This document shows positions 15,201-30,539 of a stretch of 64,000 bases of DNA, piece by piece. Location: assembly GCF_009914755.1 (NCBI RefSeq), contig NC_060940.1. One strand, written 5' to 3'. Origin of the DNA: the human T2T-CHM13v2.0 reference genome, Homo sapiens. Under the pieces are notes generated by a model. The model did no database searches. It saw nothing but the letters and a program-made list of their open reading frames with translations, and was not told the origin of the DNA. The position numbers and the translations under genes are program-made. Every line of letters starts with the position of its first letter. Positions within the stretch are counted from its first letter, which is position 1.

Positions 15201-18200
15201 ATTCCATTCGATAATGATTACATCCGTGTCCATTCGATGATTCCATTGGAGCCTGTTCGATAATTCCATTTGAGTCCAACCAATGATTCCATTCATTTCC
15301 ATTCAATGATTCCATTCGAGTCCATTTGATCATTCCGGTAGGGTCCATTCGATGTTGATTCCATTGGAGTGCATTCGATGATTCCATTCGAGTCCATTTT
15401 AGGATTTGATTCGAGTCCTTTCGATGATTCCATTCGATTCCACTCGATGATGATTTCATTCGAGTCCATTCGACACTTCCAATCGATTCCATTTGATGAT
15501 TCCATTCGAGTCCAATTGATGATTCCATTCAATTCCATTCGATGATGATTCCGTACGATTCCATTCTGTGATGATTCCATGTGATTGCATTCAATGATGA
15601 TTCCTTTCGATTGCATTCGATTATGATTCATTTCGTGTTCATTCTATGGTTCCACAGGTTTCCATTCGTGTCCATTCCATTATTCCATTCTATTCCATTT
15701 GATGATGATTCCATTCGATTCCATTCATTGGTGATTCCACTCAATTCCATTCAATGATTCCATTCCATTTCTTTCAACAATGATTCCATTAGTTTCTAAT
15801 CGATGATCCACTTGATTCCATTTGACGACGATTCCATTCTTGTCCATTCGATGATTCCATTTGATTCCATATGATGATGATTCCATTCGATTCCATACCA
15901 TGATGATTCCATTCGAGTCCATTCAATGGTGATTCCATTCAATTCCATTCGATGATTCCTTTCGATTCCATTCGATGATGATGGCATTCGATTCCTTTCA
16001 ATCATTCCCTTTGATTCCATTCAAAGGTGATTTCATTCAAGTCCATTCGATAATTGCATTCGATTCCATTCTATGATGATTCCATTCGAGTCCATTTGAT
16101 GATTCCATTCAATTCAAGTCAATGATGATTCCATTCGATTCCATTCGATGATTCCATTGGATTCCATTCGATGATGATTCCATTCAAATCCATTCGATAA
16201 TTCAATTCAAGTCCATTCGATGATGATTCCAATCGAATCCATTCAAAGATTCCATTCAGTTCCATTCGATGATTCCCTTAGATTCCATTCGATGATTCCA
16301 CTTGATTGCATTTATGATGATTCCATTCGATTCCATGTGATGATTCCATTCAATTCTATTCAATGATGTCTCCATTTGATTCCATTCGACCATGATTGCC
16401 TTTGATTCCATTCAATGACTCCATTCGGTTCCGTTTGATGATGATTCCGTTCGATTCCATTTGATGATTCCATTTGATTCCATTGGATGAGTCCATTCGA
16501 TTACATTCGATGATTATTCCATTCGAGTGCATTAGATGATTCCATTCGAGTCCATTCGATGATTCCATTCGATTCCATTCGATGTTGATTCTGTTCAAAT
16601 CCATTCGATGATTCCACTCGATTCCATTCGTTGACTCCATTTGATCCCATTCGATGATTTCCTTTGATTCCCTTTGATGATCATTCCATTTGATTCAATT
16701 CGGTGATTTCATTTGATTCCATTCAGTGATGTTTCCATTCGACTCCATTCGATGATGATTCCATTCGACTCCATTCGATTATGATTTCATTCAATTCCAT
16801 TCGATAATGATTCCCTTCGAGTCCATTCGATGATTCCATTCGATTCCATTCAACGATGATTTGATTCGTGTCCATTCGATGATTCCATTTGATTCCACTT
16901 GATGATGATTCCATTCGAGTCCATTTGATGATTCCATTCAATTCCATACTCTGATGATTTCTTTTGAGCCCACTCAATGCTTCCACTCGATTCCATATGA
17001 TGATGACTCCATTCGATGAAATTCGATGATGATTCCACTCGCTTGCTTTCGATGATGATTCCACTTGAGTCCGTTAGAAGATTCTATTCAATTACATTCC
17101 ATGACGATTCCGTTCGAGTCCATTTGATGATTCCATTAGACTCCATTCGACGATGATTTCCATTCGATGTTATTCGATGATTCCATTCGATCTCATTCGA
17201 TGATGATTCCATTCAACTCCATTCGATGTTTCCATTCGAGTTCATTCTATTATTCCATTAGATTCCATTCGATGATGATTCCATTCGATTCCATTTGATG
17301 ATTGCATTCTATTTCATTTGATGATGATTCCATTCGAGTCCACTCGATGATTCCATTCGAGTCCATTTAATGAATCCATTGGTTTCAATTCTATGATGAT
17401 TACTTTGGATTCCATTCGTTGATGATTTCATTCGGTTCCATTCAATGATGATTCCATTCAATTCCTTTCAATGTTTCCATTCAATTCCATACGATGATGA
17501 TTCCATTTGATTTGATTCGACAGTGAGCCATTCGATTCAATTCCATGATGATTCTATTTGATTCAATTGGTTGACATTTCCATTCGATTCCATTCGATGA
17601 TGATTCCCTTTGATTCCGTTCAAAGATGATTCCATTCTAGCCCATTCAATCATTCCATTCGATTCTATTCAATGATGATTCCATTCATGTCGATTTGGTG
17701 ATTCCATTTGACTTCATTTGATGATGATTCCTTTCAAGTTCATTAGATGATTCCATTCGATTCCATTTGATGATGATCCCATTCGAGTCCATTCAGTGAT
17801 TCCATTCGTTTCCATTCCATGATGATTCCATTCCTTTCCATTCAATGATTCCATTCGATTCCGTTTGATGATGATTTCATTCGAGTCCATTTGATGATTC
17901 CATTTGATTCCATTCGATGATGATTCCATTCGAGTCCATTCGATGATTCTATTCGAATCCATTTGATGATTTCTTTTGATTATATTTGGTGATGATTCCA
18001 CTGGAGTCCATTCAATGATTCCATTCTATTCCCATCGATGATGATTCCATTAGAGTCCATTTAATGATTCCATTTGATTCCAGTCTCTGATGATTACATT
18101 CGAGTCCATACGATGATTCCACTCAATTCCATATGATGATGATTCCATTTGATTCCATTCGGTGATCCCATTCTATTCTATTCAATGGTGATTCCATTCG

Positions 18201-18328
18201 AGTACATTAGATGATTCCATTCGATTCCATTCAATGATGATTCTATTTGTGTCCCTTAGATGACTCCACATGATTCCATTAGATGATGATACTATTTGAG
18301 CCCATCCAATGATTCCCTTCGATTCCAT
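12226..18328 (+). repeat. HOR unit U3 (6103 bp; 10-bp deletion ~12985 plus 1-bp insertion ~17158)
   Basis: One TTCCATTCGA is lost before TTCCTTTCGAAG; ORF offset is 6103. Confidence 0.93.
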
Positions 18329-21300
18329 TCGATGAGGATTCCATTCGATTCAATTCATTGGTGATTCTATTCAATTCAATTCTTTGATTCCATTCCATTC
18401 CATTCGACAATGATTCCATTCGATTTCTTTCGATGATTCCACTCGATTCCACTTGACATTGATTCCATTCGATTCCATTCAATGATTCCATTTGATTCCA
18501 GTGGATGATGATTGCCATCGATTCCATTCGATCACTCCATTCTATTCCATTTGATGATGATTACATTCGATTCCATTTGATGATTCCATCTGATTCTATT
18601 CGAGGATTCCATTTGATTCCATTCGATGATGATTCCATTCGAGTCCATTCGATGATTTCATTCGAGTACATCCAATGATTCCATTCGAGTCCATTAGATG
18701 ATTCCATTTGATTCCATTTGAAAATGATTCTACTAGAGTCCATTCAATGACTCCATTCGAGTCCATTCAACAATTCCATTCGACTCCATTCGATGATTCC
18801 ATTCGATTCCATTTGATGGTTCCATTCGAGTCCATTTAATCATTACAGTCGAGTCCATTTGGTGATTCCACTGGATTTCTTTTGATAATGATACCATTCA
18901 ATTACATTTGATGATGATCCCATTCAATTTCATTTGATGATGATTCCATTAGAGTCCATTCGATGATTTCATTCGAGTCCCTTCATTGATTCCATCCGAT
19001 TTCATTGGATGATGACTCCATTCGAGTCCATTCGATGATTCCACTCGATTCCATTAGATGATTCCATTGGAGTCCATTTGATTGTTCCATTCGATTCCTT
19101 TCGAAGATTTTTCCATTTGAGTCCATTCGATGATGATTCCATTCCATTCCATTCGATGATTCCGTTTGATTCCATTCGATGATTCCCTTCGATTCCTTTC
19201 TTTGATGATTCCATTCCATTCCATTCAATGATTCCATTCGAATCTATTCCATGATGATTCCTTTCGATTCCATTCGCTGATGTTTCCGTTCAATTCCATT
19301 CGATGATGATTCCGTTCGATTCCATTCATTGAGGATTCCATTTGATTCCATTCAATGATGATTCCATTCTATTCCATTCAATGATTGCATTCAATTCCAT
19401 TCAATGATTATCCCATTAGAGTAAACTCAACGATTCCATTCAATACCATTCGATGATGATTCCTTTTGAGTCCATTCAATGATTTCATTCAAGTCCATTT
19501 GATGATTCCTTTCAATTCCATTCTATGATGATTCCATTCGAGTCCATTCGATGATTCCATTCGATTGCATTCGATGATTCCATTATATTCCATTCAACGG
19601 TGATTCCATTCGAGTCCATTCCATGATTCCATTAGAGTATATTTAATGATTGCTTTGTTTTCAATTCGAAGATGATTACATTGGATTCCATTCTATGATA
19701 CCATTCGATTCCATTCAATGATGATTCCACTCAAATCCATTGGATGATTCCATTCGTGTCCATTCGGTGATTTCATTAGATTCCATTCGAGGATGATTCC
19801 ATTCGATTCCATTCGATGATTCCATTCAATTCCATTCGATGATGATTCCATTCCAGTCCATATGATCATTCCATTTGATTTCATTCGATGATGATTCCAT
19901 TCGATTCCATTCGATGATTCCATTCTATTCCATTCGATGATGATTCCATTCGAGTCCATTCGATCATTCCATTCGAGTCCATTTAATGATTCCATTGGGT
20001 TCAATTCAATGATGATTACATTGGATTCCGTTCTATGATTCCATTCAATTCCGTTCATTGACAATTTGATTCCATTCGATGATGATTCCATTTGAGTTCA
20101 TTCGATGATTCTATTCGATTCTCTTCGATGGTGATTCAATTCTATTATATTGGATGATTCCATTCGATTCCATTTGATGTTGATTCAATTCGATTCTATT
20201 CGATGATGATTCCATTGGATTTCACTTGATGATTCTATTCGATTCCATTCAATGATGATTCACTTCTCGTCCATTGGATGATTCCATTTCATTCCATTCG
20301 ATGATGATTCCATTCGATTCCATTCGATGATTCCATTTGATTCCATGCGACGGTGAGCAATTCGATTCAATTCCATGATGATTCTATTTGATTCAATTAG
20401 ATGATGTTTCCATTCGAATCCATTCCATGATTATTCCATTGGAATCCATTCGGCGATGATTCCATATGAGTCAATTCAATGATGATTCCATATGGGTCCG
20501 TTCGATGATAATTCCATTTGATTTCATTCGATGCTTCTATTCTATTCCAGTCGATGATGATTCCGTTGGAGTCCATACGATGATTCCATTTGATTTCATT
20601 TGATGATGATTCCATTCGATGATGATTACATTGGATTCCATTCTATGATTCCATTCAATTCCATTCGTTGATGATTCGATTCCATTCAATGATGATTCCA
20701 TTTGAGTTCATTCGATGATTCTATTCGATTCCGTTCGATGGTGATTCAATTCTCTTATATTGGATGATTCCAGTCGATTCCATTTGATGATTATTCCATT
20801 GGAGTCCACTTAGTGAATCCTTTGGATTCTACTCGACGATGATTCCATTCGAGTCCATTCGATGATACCATTCAATTCCATTCGTTGATGCTTCCATTCA
20901 AGTGCATTCGATGATATCATTCGATTCCATTTGATGATAATTCCATTTGATTCCATGCGATGATTCTATTCGATTCCATTCAATGATAATTCCATTCAAT
21001 TCAGTGATTCCTCTGGACTCCATTTGATGATGATTCCATTCAATGATTCCATTCGATTCTATTCCAAAATGATTCCATTTGAATCCATTTGATGATGATT
21101 CCATTAGATTCCATTTGATGATTCCATTCGATTCCATTCGACGATGATTCCATTCGATTCCGTTTGATGATTCCATTCTATTCTATTCGATGATGATTCC
21201 ATTCGATTCCATTCGATGATGATTGGATTCGATTCCATTTGATGATTTCATTTGATTCCATTCGTTAATGATTTCGATCAATTCCATTCGATGATTCCAT

Positions 21301-24300
21301 TCGATTCCATTGGATAATGATTACATCCGAGTTCATTCGATGATTCCATTTGAGCCTGTTCGATAATTCCATTTGAGTCCAACCAATGATTCCATTCATT
21401 TCCATTCAATGATTCCATTCGAGTCCATTTGATCATTCCGGTAGGGTCCATTCGATGTTGATTCCATTGGAGTGCATTCGATGATTCCATTCGAGTCCAT
21501 TTTAGGATTTGATTCGAGTCCTTTCGATGATTCCATTCGATTCCACTCGATGATGATTTCATTTGAGTCCATTCGACACTTCCAATCGATTCCATTTGAT
21601 GATTCCATTCGAGTCCAATTGATGATTCCATTCAATTCCATTCGATGATGATTCCGTACGATTCCATTCTGTGATGATTCCATGTGATTGCATTCAATGA
21701 TGATTCCTTTCGATTGCATTCGATTATGATTCATTTCGTGTTCATTCTATGGTTCCACAGGTTTCCATTCGTGTCCATTCCATTATTCCATTCTATTCCA
21801 TTTGATGATGATTCCATTCGATTCCATTCATTGGTGATTCCACTCAATTCCATTCAATGATTCCATTCCATTTCTTTCAACAATGATTCCATTAGTTTCT
21901 AATCGATGATCCACTTGATTCCATTTGACGACGATTCCATTCTTGTCCATTCGATGATTCCATTTGATTCCATATGATGATGATTCCATTCGATTCCATA
22001 CCATGATGATTCCATTCGAGTCCATTCAATGGTGATTCCATTCAATTCCATTCGATGATTCCTTTCGATTCCATTCGATGATGATGGCATTCGATTCCTT
22101 TCAATCATTCCCTTTGATTCCATTCAAAGGTGATTTCATTCAAGTCCATTCGATAATTGCATTCGATTCCATTCTATGATGATTCCATTCGAGTCCATTT
22201 GATGATTCCATTCAATTCAAGTCAATGATGATTCCATTCGATTCCATTCGATGATTCCATTGGATTCCATTCGATGATGATTCCATTCAAATCCATTCGA
22301 TAATTCAATTCAAGTCCATTTGATGATGATTCCAATCGAATCCATTCAAAGATTCCATTCAGTTCCATTCGATGATTCCCTTAGATTCCATTCGATGATT
22401 CCACTTGATTGCATTTACGATGATTCCATTCGATTCCATGTGATGATTCCATTCAATTCTATTCAATGATGTCTCCATTTGATTCCATTCGACCATGATT
22501 GCCTTTGATTCCATTCAATGATTCCATTCGGTTCCGTTTGATGATGATTTCATTCGATTCCATTTGATGATTCCATTTGATTCCATTGGATGAGTCCATT
22601 TGATTACATTCGATGATTATTCCATTCGAGTGCATTAGATGATTCCATTCGAGTCCATTCGATGATTCCATTCGATTCCATTCGATGTTGATTCTGTTCA
22701 AATCCATTCGATGATTCCACTCGATTCCATTCGTTGACTCCATTTGATCCCATTCGATGATTTCCTTTGATTCCCTTTGATGATCATTCCATTTGATTCA
22801 ATTCGGTGATTTCATTTGATTCCATTCAGTGATGTTTCCATTCGACTCCATTCGATGATGATTCCATTCGACTCCATTCGATTATGATTTCATTCAATTC
22901 CATTCGATAATGATTCCCTTCGAGTCCATTCGATGATTCCATTCGATTCCATTCAACGATGATTTGATTCGTGTCCATTCGATGATTCCATTTGATTCCA
23001 CTTGATGATGATTCCATTCGAGTCCATTTGATGATTCCATTCAATTCCATACTCCGATGATTTCTTTTGAGCCCACTCAATGCTTCCACTCGATTCCATA
23101 TGATGATGACTCCATTCGATGAAATTCGATGATTATTCCATTCGCTTGCTTTCGATGATTCCACTTGAGACCGTTAGAAGATTCTATTCAATTACATTCC
23201 ATGACGATTCCGTTCGAGTCCATTTGATGATTCCATTAGACTCCATTCGACGATGATTCCATTCGATGTTATTCGATGATTCCATTCGATCTCATTCGAT
23301 GATGATTCCATTCAACTCCATTCGATGTTTCCATTCGAGTTCATTCTATTATTCCATTAGATTCCATTCGATGATGATTCCATTCGATTCCATTTGATGA
23401 TTGCATTCTATTTCATTTGATGATGATTCCATTCGAGTCCACTCGATGATTCCATTCGAGTCCATTTAATGAATCCATTGGTTTCAATTCTATGATGATT
23501 ACATTGGATTCCATTCGTTGATGATTTCATTCGGTTCCATTCAATGATGATTCCATTCAATTCCTTTCAATGTTTCGATTCAATTCCATACGATGATGAT
23601 TCCATTTGATTTGATTCGACAGTGAGCCATTCGATTCAATTGCATGATGATTCTATTTGATTCAATTGGTTGACATTTCCATTCGATTCCATTCGATGAT
23701 GATTCCCTTTGATTCCATTCAAAGATGATTCCATTCTAGCCCATTCAATCATTCCATTCGATTCTATTCAATGATGATTCCATTCATGTCGATTTGGTGA
23801 TTCCATTTGACTTCATTTGATGATGATTCCTTTCAAGTTCATTAGATGATTCCATTCGATTCCATTTGATGATGATCCCATTCGAGTCCATTCAGTGATT
23901 CCATTCGTTTCCATTCCATGATGATTCCATTCCTTTCCATTCAATGATTCCATTCAATTCCGTTTGATGATGATTTCATTCGAGTACATTTGATGATTCC
24001 ATTTGATTCCATTCGATGATGATTCCATTCGAGTCCATTCGATGATTCTATTCGAATCCATTTGATGATTTCTTTTGATTATATTTGGTGATGATTCCAT
24101 TGGAGTCCATTCAATGATTCCATTCTATTCCAATCGATGATGATTCCATTAGAGTCCATTTAATGTTTCCAATTGATTCCAGTCTCTGATGATTACATTC
24201 GAGTCCATACGATGATTCCACTCAATTCCATATGATGATGATTCCATTTGATTCCATTCGGTGATTCCATTCTATTCTATTCAATGGTGATTCCATTCGA

Positions 24301-24427
24301 GTACATTAGATGATTCCATTCGATTCCATTCAATGATGATTCTATTTGTGTCCCTTAGATGATTCCACATGATTCCATTAGATGATGATACTATTTGAGC
24401 CCATCCAATGATTCCCTTCGATTCCAT
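18329..24427 (+). repeat. HOR unit U4 (6099 bp; 10-bp deletion ~19088, 3-bp GAT deletion ~23155)
   Basis: ORF offset is 6099; TTCGATGATTCCACTTGAGA at 23151 has one GAT fewer than other units. Confidence 0.93.
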
Positions 24428-27400
24428 TCGATGAGGATTCCATTCGATTCAATTCATTGGTGATTCTATTCAATTCAATTCTTTGATTCCATTCCATTCC
24501 ATTCGACAATGATTCCATTCGATTTCTTTCGATGATTCCACTCGATTCCACTTGACATTGATTCCATTCGATTCCATTCAATGATTCCATTTGATTCCAG
24601 TGGATGATGATTGCCATCGATTCCATTCGATCACTCCATTCTATTCCATTTGATGATGATTACATTCGATTCCATTTGATGATTCCATCTGATTCTATTC
24701 GAGGATTCCATTTGATTCCATTCGATGATGATTCCATTCGAGTCCATTCGATGATTTCATTCGAGTACATCCAATGATTCCATTCGAGTCCATTAGATGA
24801 TTCCATTTGATTCCATTTGAAAATGATTCTACTAGAGTCCATTCAATGACTCCATTCGAGTCCATTCAACAATTCCATTCGACTCCATTCGATGATTCCA
24901 TTCGATTCCATTTGATGGTTCCATTCGAGTCCATTTCATCATTACAGTAGAGTCCATTTGGTGATTCCACTGGATTTCTTTTGATAATGATACCATTCAA
25001 TTACATTTGATGATGATCCCATTCAATTTCATTTGATGATGATTCCATTAGAGTCCATTCGATGATTTCATTCGAGTCCCTTCATTGATTCCATCCGATT
25101 TCATTGGATGATGACTCCATTCGAGTCCATTCGATGATTCCACTCGATTCCATTAGATGATTCCATTGGAGTCCATTTGATTGTTCCATTCGATTCCATT
25201 CGATTCCTTTCGAAGATTATTCCATTTGAGTCCATTCGATGATGATTCCATTCCATTCCATTCGATGATTCCGTTTGATTCCATTCGATGATTCCCTTCG
25301 ATTCCTTTCTTTGATGATTCCATTCCATTCCATTCAATGATTCCATTCGAATCTATTCCATGATGATTCCTTTCGATTCCATTCGCTGATGTTTCCGTTC
25401 AATTCCATTCGATGATGATTCCGTTCGATTCCATTCATTGAGGATTCCATTTGATTCCATTCAATGATGATTCCATTCTATTCCATTCAATGATTGCATT
25501 CAATTCCATTCAATGATTATCCCATTAGAGTAAACTCAACGATTCCATTCAATACCATTCGATGATGATTCCTTTTGAGTCCATTCAATGATTTCATTCA
25601 AGTCCATTTGATGATTCCTTTCAATTCCATTCTATGATGATTCCATTCGAGTCCATTCGATGATTCCATTCGATTGCATTCGATGATTCCATTATATTCC
25701 ATTCAACGGTGATTCCATTCGAGTCCATTCGATGATTCCATTAGAGTACATTTAATGATTGCTTTGTTTTCAATTCGAAGATGATTACATTGGATTCCAT
25801 TCTATGATACCATTCGATTCCATTCAATGATGATTCCACTCAAATCCATTGGATGATTCCATTCGTGTCCATTCGGTGATTTCATTAGATTCCATTCGAG
25901 GATGATTCCATTCGATTCCATTCGATGATTCCATTCAATTCCATTCGATGATGATTCCATTCCAGTCCATATGATCATTCCATTTGATTTCATTTGATGA
26001 TGATTCCATTCGATTCCATTCGACGATTCCATTCTATTCCATTCGATGATGATTCCATTCGAGTCCATTCGATCATTCCATTCGAGTCCATTTAATGATT
26101 CCATTGGGTTCAATTCAATGATGATTACATTGGATTCCGTTCTATGATTCCATTCAATTCCGTTCATTGACAATTTGATTCCATTCGATGATGATTCCAT
26201 TTGAGTTCATTCGATGATTCTATTCGATTCTCTTCGATGGTGATTCAATTCTATTATATTGGATGATTCCATTCGATTCCATTTGATGTTGATTCAATTC
26301 GATTCTATTCGATGATGATTCCATTGGATTTCACTTGATGATTCTATTCGATTCCATTCAATGATGATTCACTTCTCGTCCATTGGATGATTCCATTTCA
26401 TTCCATTCGATGATGATTCCATTCGATTCCATTCGATGATTCCATTTGATTCCATGCGACGGTGAGCAATTCGATTCAATTCCATGATGATTCTATTTGA
26501 TTCAATTAGATGATGTTTCCATTCGAATCCATTCCATGATTATTCCATTGGAATCCATTCGGCGATGATTCCATATGAGTCAATTCAATGATGATTCCAT
26601 ATGGGTCCGTTCGATGATAATTCCATTTGATTTCATTCGATGCTTCTATTCTATTCCAGTCGATGATGATTCCGTTGGAGTCCATACGATGATTCCATTT
26701 GATTTCATTTGATGATGATTCCATTCGATGATGATTACATTGGATTCCATTCTATGATTCCATTCAATTCCATTCGTTGATGATTCGATTCCATTCAATG
26801 ATGATTCCATTTGAGTTCATTCGATGATTCTATTCGATTCCGTTCGATGGTGATTCAATTCTATTATATTGGATGATTCCACTCGATTCCATTTGATGAT
26901 TATTCCATTGGAGTCCACTTAGTGAATCCTTTAGATTCTACTCGACGATGATTCCATTCGAGTCCATTCGATGATACCATTCAATTCCATTCGTTGATGC
27001 TTCCATTCAAGTGCATTCGATGATATCATTCGATTCCATTTGATGATAATTCCATTTGATTCCATGCGATGATTCTATTCGATTCCATTCAATGATAATT
27101 CCATTCAATTCAGTGATTCCTCTGGACTCCATTTGATGATGATTCCATTCAATGATTCCATTCGATTCTATTCGAAAATGATTCCATTTGAATCCATTTG
27201 ATGATGATTCCATTAGATTCCATTTGATGATTCCATTCGATTCCATTCGACGATGATTCCATTCGATTCCGTTTGATGATTCCATTCTATTCTATTCGAT
27301 GATGATTCCATTCGATTCCATTCGATGATGATTGGATTCGATTCCATTTGATGATTTCATTTGATTCCATTCGTTAATGATTTCGATCAATTCCATTCGA

Positions 27401-30400
27401 TGATTCCATTCAATTCCATTCGATAATGATTACATCCGAGTCCATTCGATGATTCCATTGGAGCCTGTTCGATAATTCCATTTGAGTCCAACCAATGATT
27501 CCACTCATTTCCATTCAATGATTCCATTCGAGTCCATTTGATCATTCCGGTAGGGTCCATTCGATGTTGATTCCATTGGAGTGCATTCGATGATTCCATT
27601 CGAGTCCATTTTAGGATTTGATTCGAGTCCTTTCGATGATTCCATTCGATTCCACTCAATGATGATTTCATTCGAGTCCATTCGACACTTCCAATCGATT
27701 CCATTTGATGATTCCATTCGAGTCCAATTGATGATTCCATTCAATTCCATTCGATGATGATTCCGTACGATTCCATTCTGTGATGATTCCATGTGATTGC
27801 ATTCAATGATGATTCCTTTCGATTGCATTCGATTATGATTCATTTCGTGTTCATTCTATGGTTCCACAGGTTTCCATTCGTGTCCATTCCATTATTCCAT
27901 TCTATTCCATTTGATGATGATTCCATTCGATTCCATTCATTGGTGATTCCACTCAATTCCATTCAATGATTCCATTCCATTTCTTTCAACAATGATTCCA
28001 TTAGTTTCTAATCGATGATCCACTTGATTCCATTTGACGACGATTCCATTCTTGTCCATTCGATGATTCCATTTGATTCCATATGATGATGATTCCATTC
28101 GATTCCATACCATGATGATTCCATTCGAGTCCATTCAATGGTGATTCCATTCAATTCCATTCGATGATTCCTTTCGATTCCATTCGATGATGATGGCATT
28201 CGATTCCTTTCAATCATTCCCTTTGATTCCATTCAAAGGTGATTTCATTCAAGTCCATTCGATAATTGCATTCGATTCCATTCTATCATGATTCCATTCG
28301 AGTCCATTTGATGATTCCATTCAATTCAAGTCAATGATGATTCCATTCGATTCCATTCGATGATTCCATTGGATTCCATTCGATGATGATTCCATTCAAA
28401 TCCATTCGATAATTCAATTCAAGTCCATTCGATGATGATTCCAATCGAATCCATTCAAAGATTCCATTCAGTTCCATTCGATGATTCCCTTAGATTCCAT
28501 TCGATGATTCCACTTGATTGCATTTACGATGATTCCATTCGATTCCATGTGATGATTCCATTCAATTCTATTCAATGATCTCTCCATTTGATTCCATTCG
28601 ACCATGATTGCCTTTGATTCCATTCAATGATTCCATTCGGTTCCGTTTGATGATGATTCCGTTCGATTCCATTTGATGATTCCATTTGATTCCATTGGAT
28701 GAGTCCATTCGATTACATTCGATGATTATTCCATTCGAGTGCATTAGATGATTCCATTCGAGTCCATTCGATGATTCCATTCGATTCCATTCGATGTTGA
28801 TTCTGTTCAAATCCATTCGATGATTCCACTCGATTCCATTCGTTGACTCCATTTGATCCCATTCGATGATTTCCTTTGATTCCCTTTGATGATCATTCCA
28901 TTTGATTCAATTCGGTGATTTCATTTGATTCCATTCAGTGATGTTTCCATTCGACTCCATTCGATGATGATTCCATTCGACTCCATTCGATTATGATTTC
29001 ATTCAATTCCATTCGATAATGATTCCCTTCGAGTCCATTCGATGATTCCATTCGATTCCATTCAACGATGATTTGATTCGTGTCCATTCGATGATTCCAT
29101 TTGATTCCACTTGATGATGATTCCATTCGAGTCCATTTGATGATTCCATTCAATTCCATACTCCGATGATTTCTTTTGAGCCCACTCAATGCTTCCACTC
29201 GATTCCATATGATGATGACTCCATTCGATGAAATTCGATGATGATTCCATTCGCTTGCTTTCGATGATGATTCCACTTGAGTCCGTTAGAAGGTTCTATT
29301 CAATTACATTCCATGACGATTCCGTTCGAGTCCATTTGATGATTCCATTAGACTCCATTCGACGATGATTCCATTCGATGTTATTCGATGATTCCATTCG
29401 ATCTCATTCGATGATGATTCCATTCAACTCCATTCGATGTTTCCATTCGAGTTCATTCTATTATTCCATTAGATTCCATTCGATGATGATTCCATTCGAT
29501 TCCATTTGATGATTGCATTCTATTTCATTTGATGATGATTCCATTCGAGTCCACTCGATGATTCCATTCGAGTCCATTTAATGAATCTGTTGGTTTCAAT
29601 TCTATGATGATTACATTGGATTCCATTCGTTGATGATTTCATTCGGTTCCATTCAATGATGATTCCATTCAATTCCTTTCAATGTTTCCATTCAATTCCA
29701 TACGATGATGATTCCATTTGATTTGATTCGACAGTGAGCCATTCGATTCAATTCCATGATGATTCTATTTGATTCAATTGGTTGACATTTCCATTCGATT
29801 CCATTCGATGATGATTCCCTTTGATTCCGTTCAAAGATGATTCCATTCTAGCCCATTCAATCATTCCATTCGATTCTATTCAATGATGATTCCATTCATG
29901 TCGATTTGGTGATTCCATTTGACTTCATTTGATGATGATTCCTTTCAAGTTCATTAGATGATTCCATTCGATTCCATTTGATGATGATCCCATTCGAGTC
30001 CATTCAGTGATTCCATTCGTTTCCATTCCATGATGATTCCATTCCTTTCCATTCAATGATTCCATTCGATTCCGTTTGATGATGATTTCATTCGAGTCCA
30101 TTTGATGATTCCATTTGATTCCATTCGATGATGATTCCATTCGAGTCCATTCGATGATTCTATTCGAATCCATTTGATGATTTCTTTTGATTATATTTGG
30201 TGATGATTCCATTGGAGTCCATTCAATGATTCCATTCTATTCCAATCGATGATGATTCCATTAGAGTCCATTTAATGATTCCATTTGATTCCAGTCTCTG
30301 ATGATTACATTCGAGTCCATACGATGATTCCACTCAATTCCATATGATGATGATTCCATTTGATTCCATTCGGTGATTCCATTCTATTCTATTCAATGGT

Positions 30401-30539
30401 GATTCCATTCGAGTACATTAGATGATTCCATTCGATTCCATTCAATGATGATTCTATTTGTGTCCCTTAGATGATTCCACATGATTCCATTAGATGATGA
30501 TACTATTTGAGCCCATCCAATGATTCCCTTCGATTCCAT
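24428..30539 (+). repeat. HOR unit U5 (6112 bp)
   Basis: Phase marker at 24428 and 30540. Confidence 0.95.
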
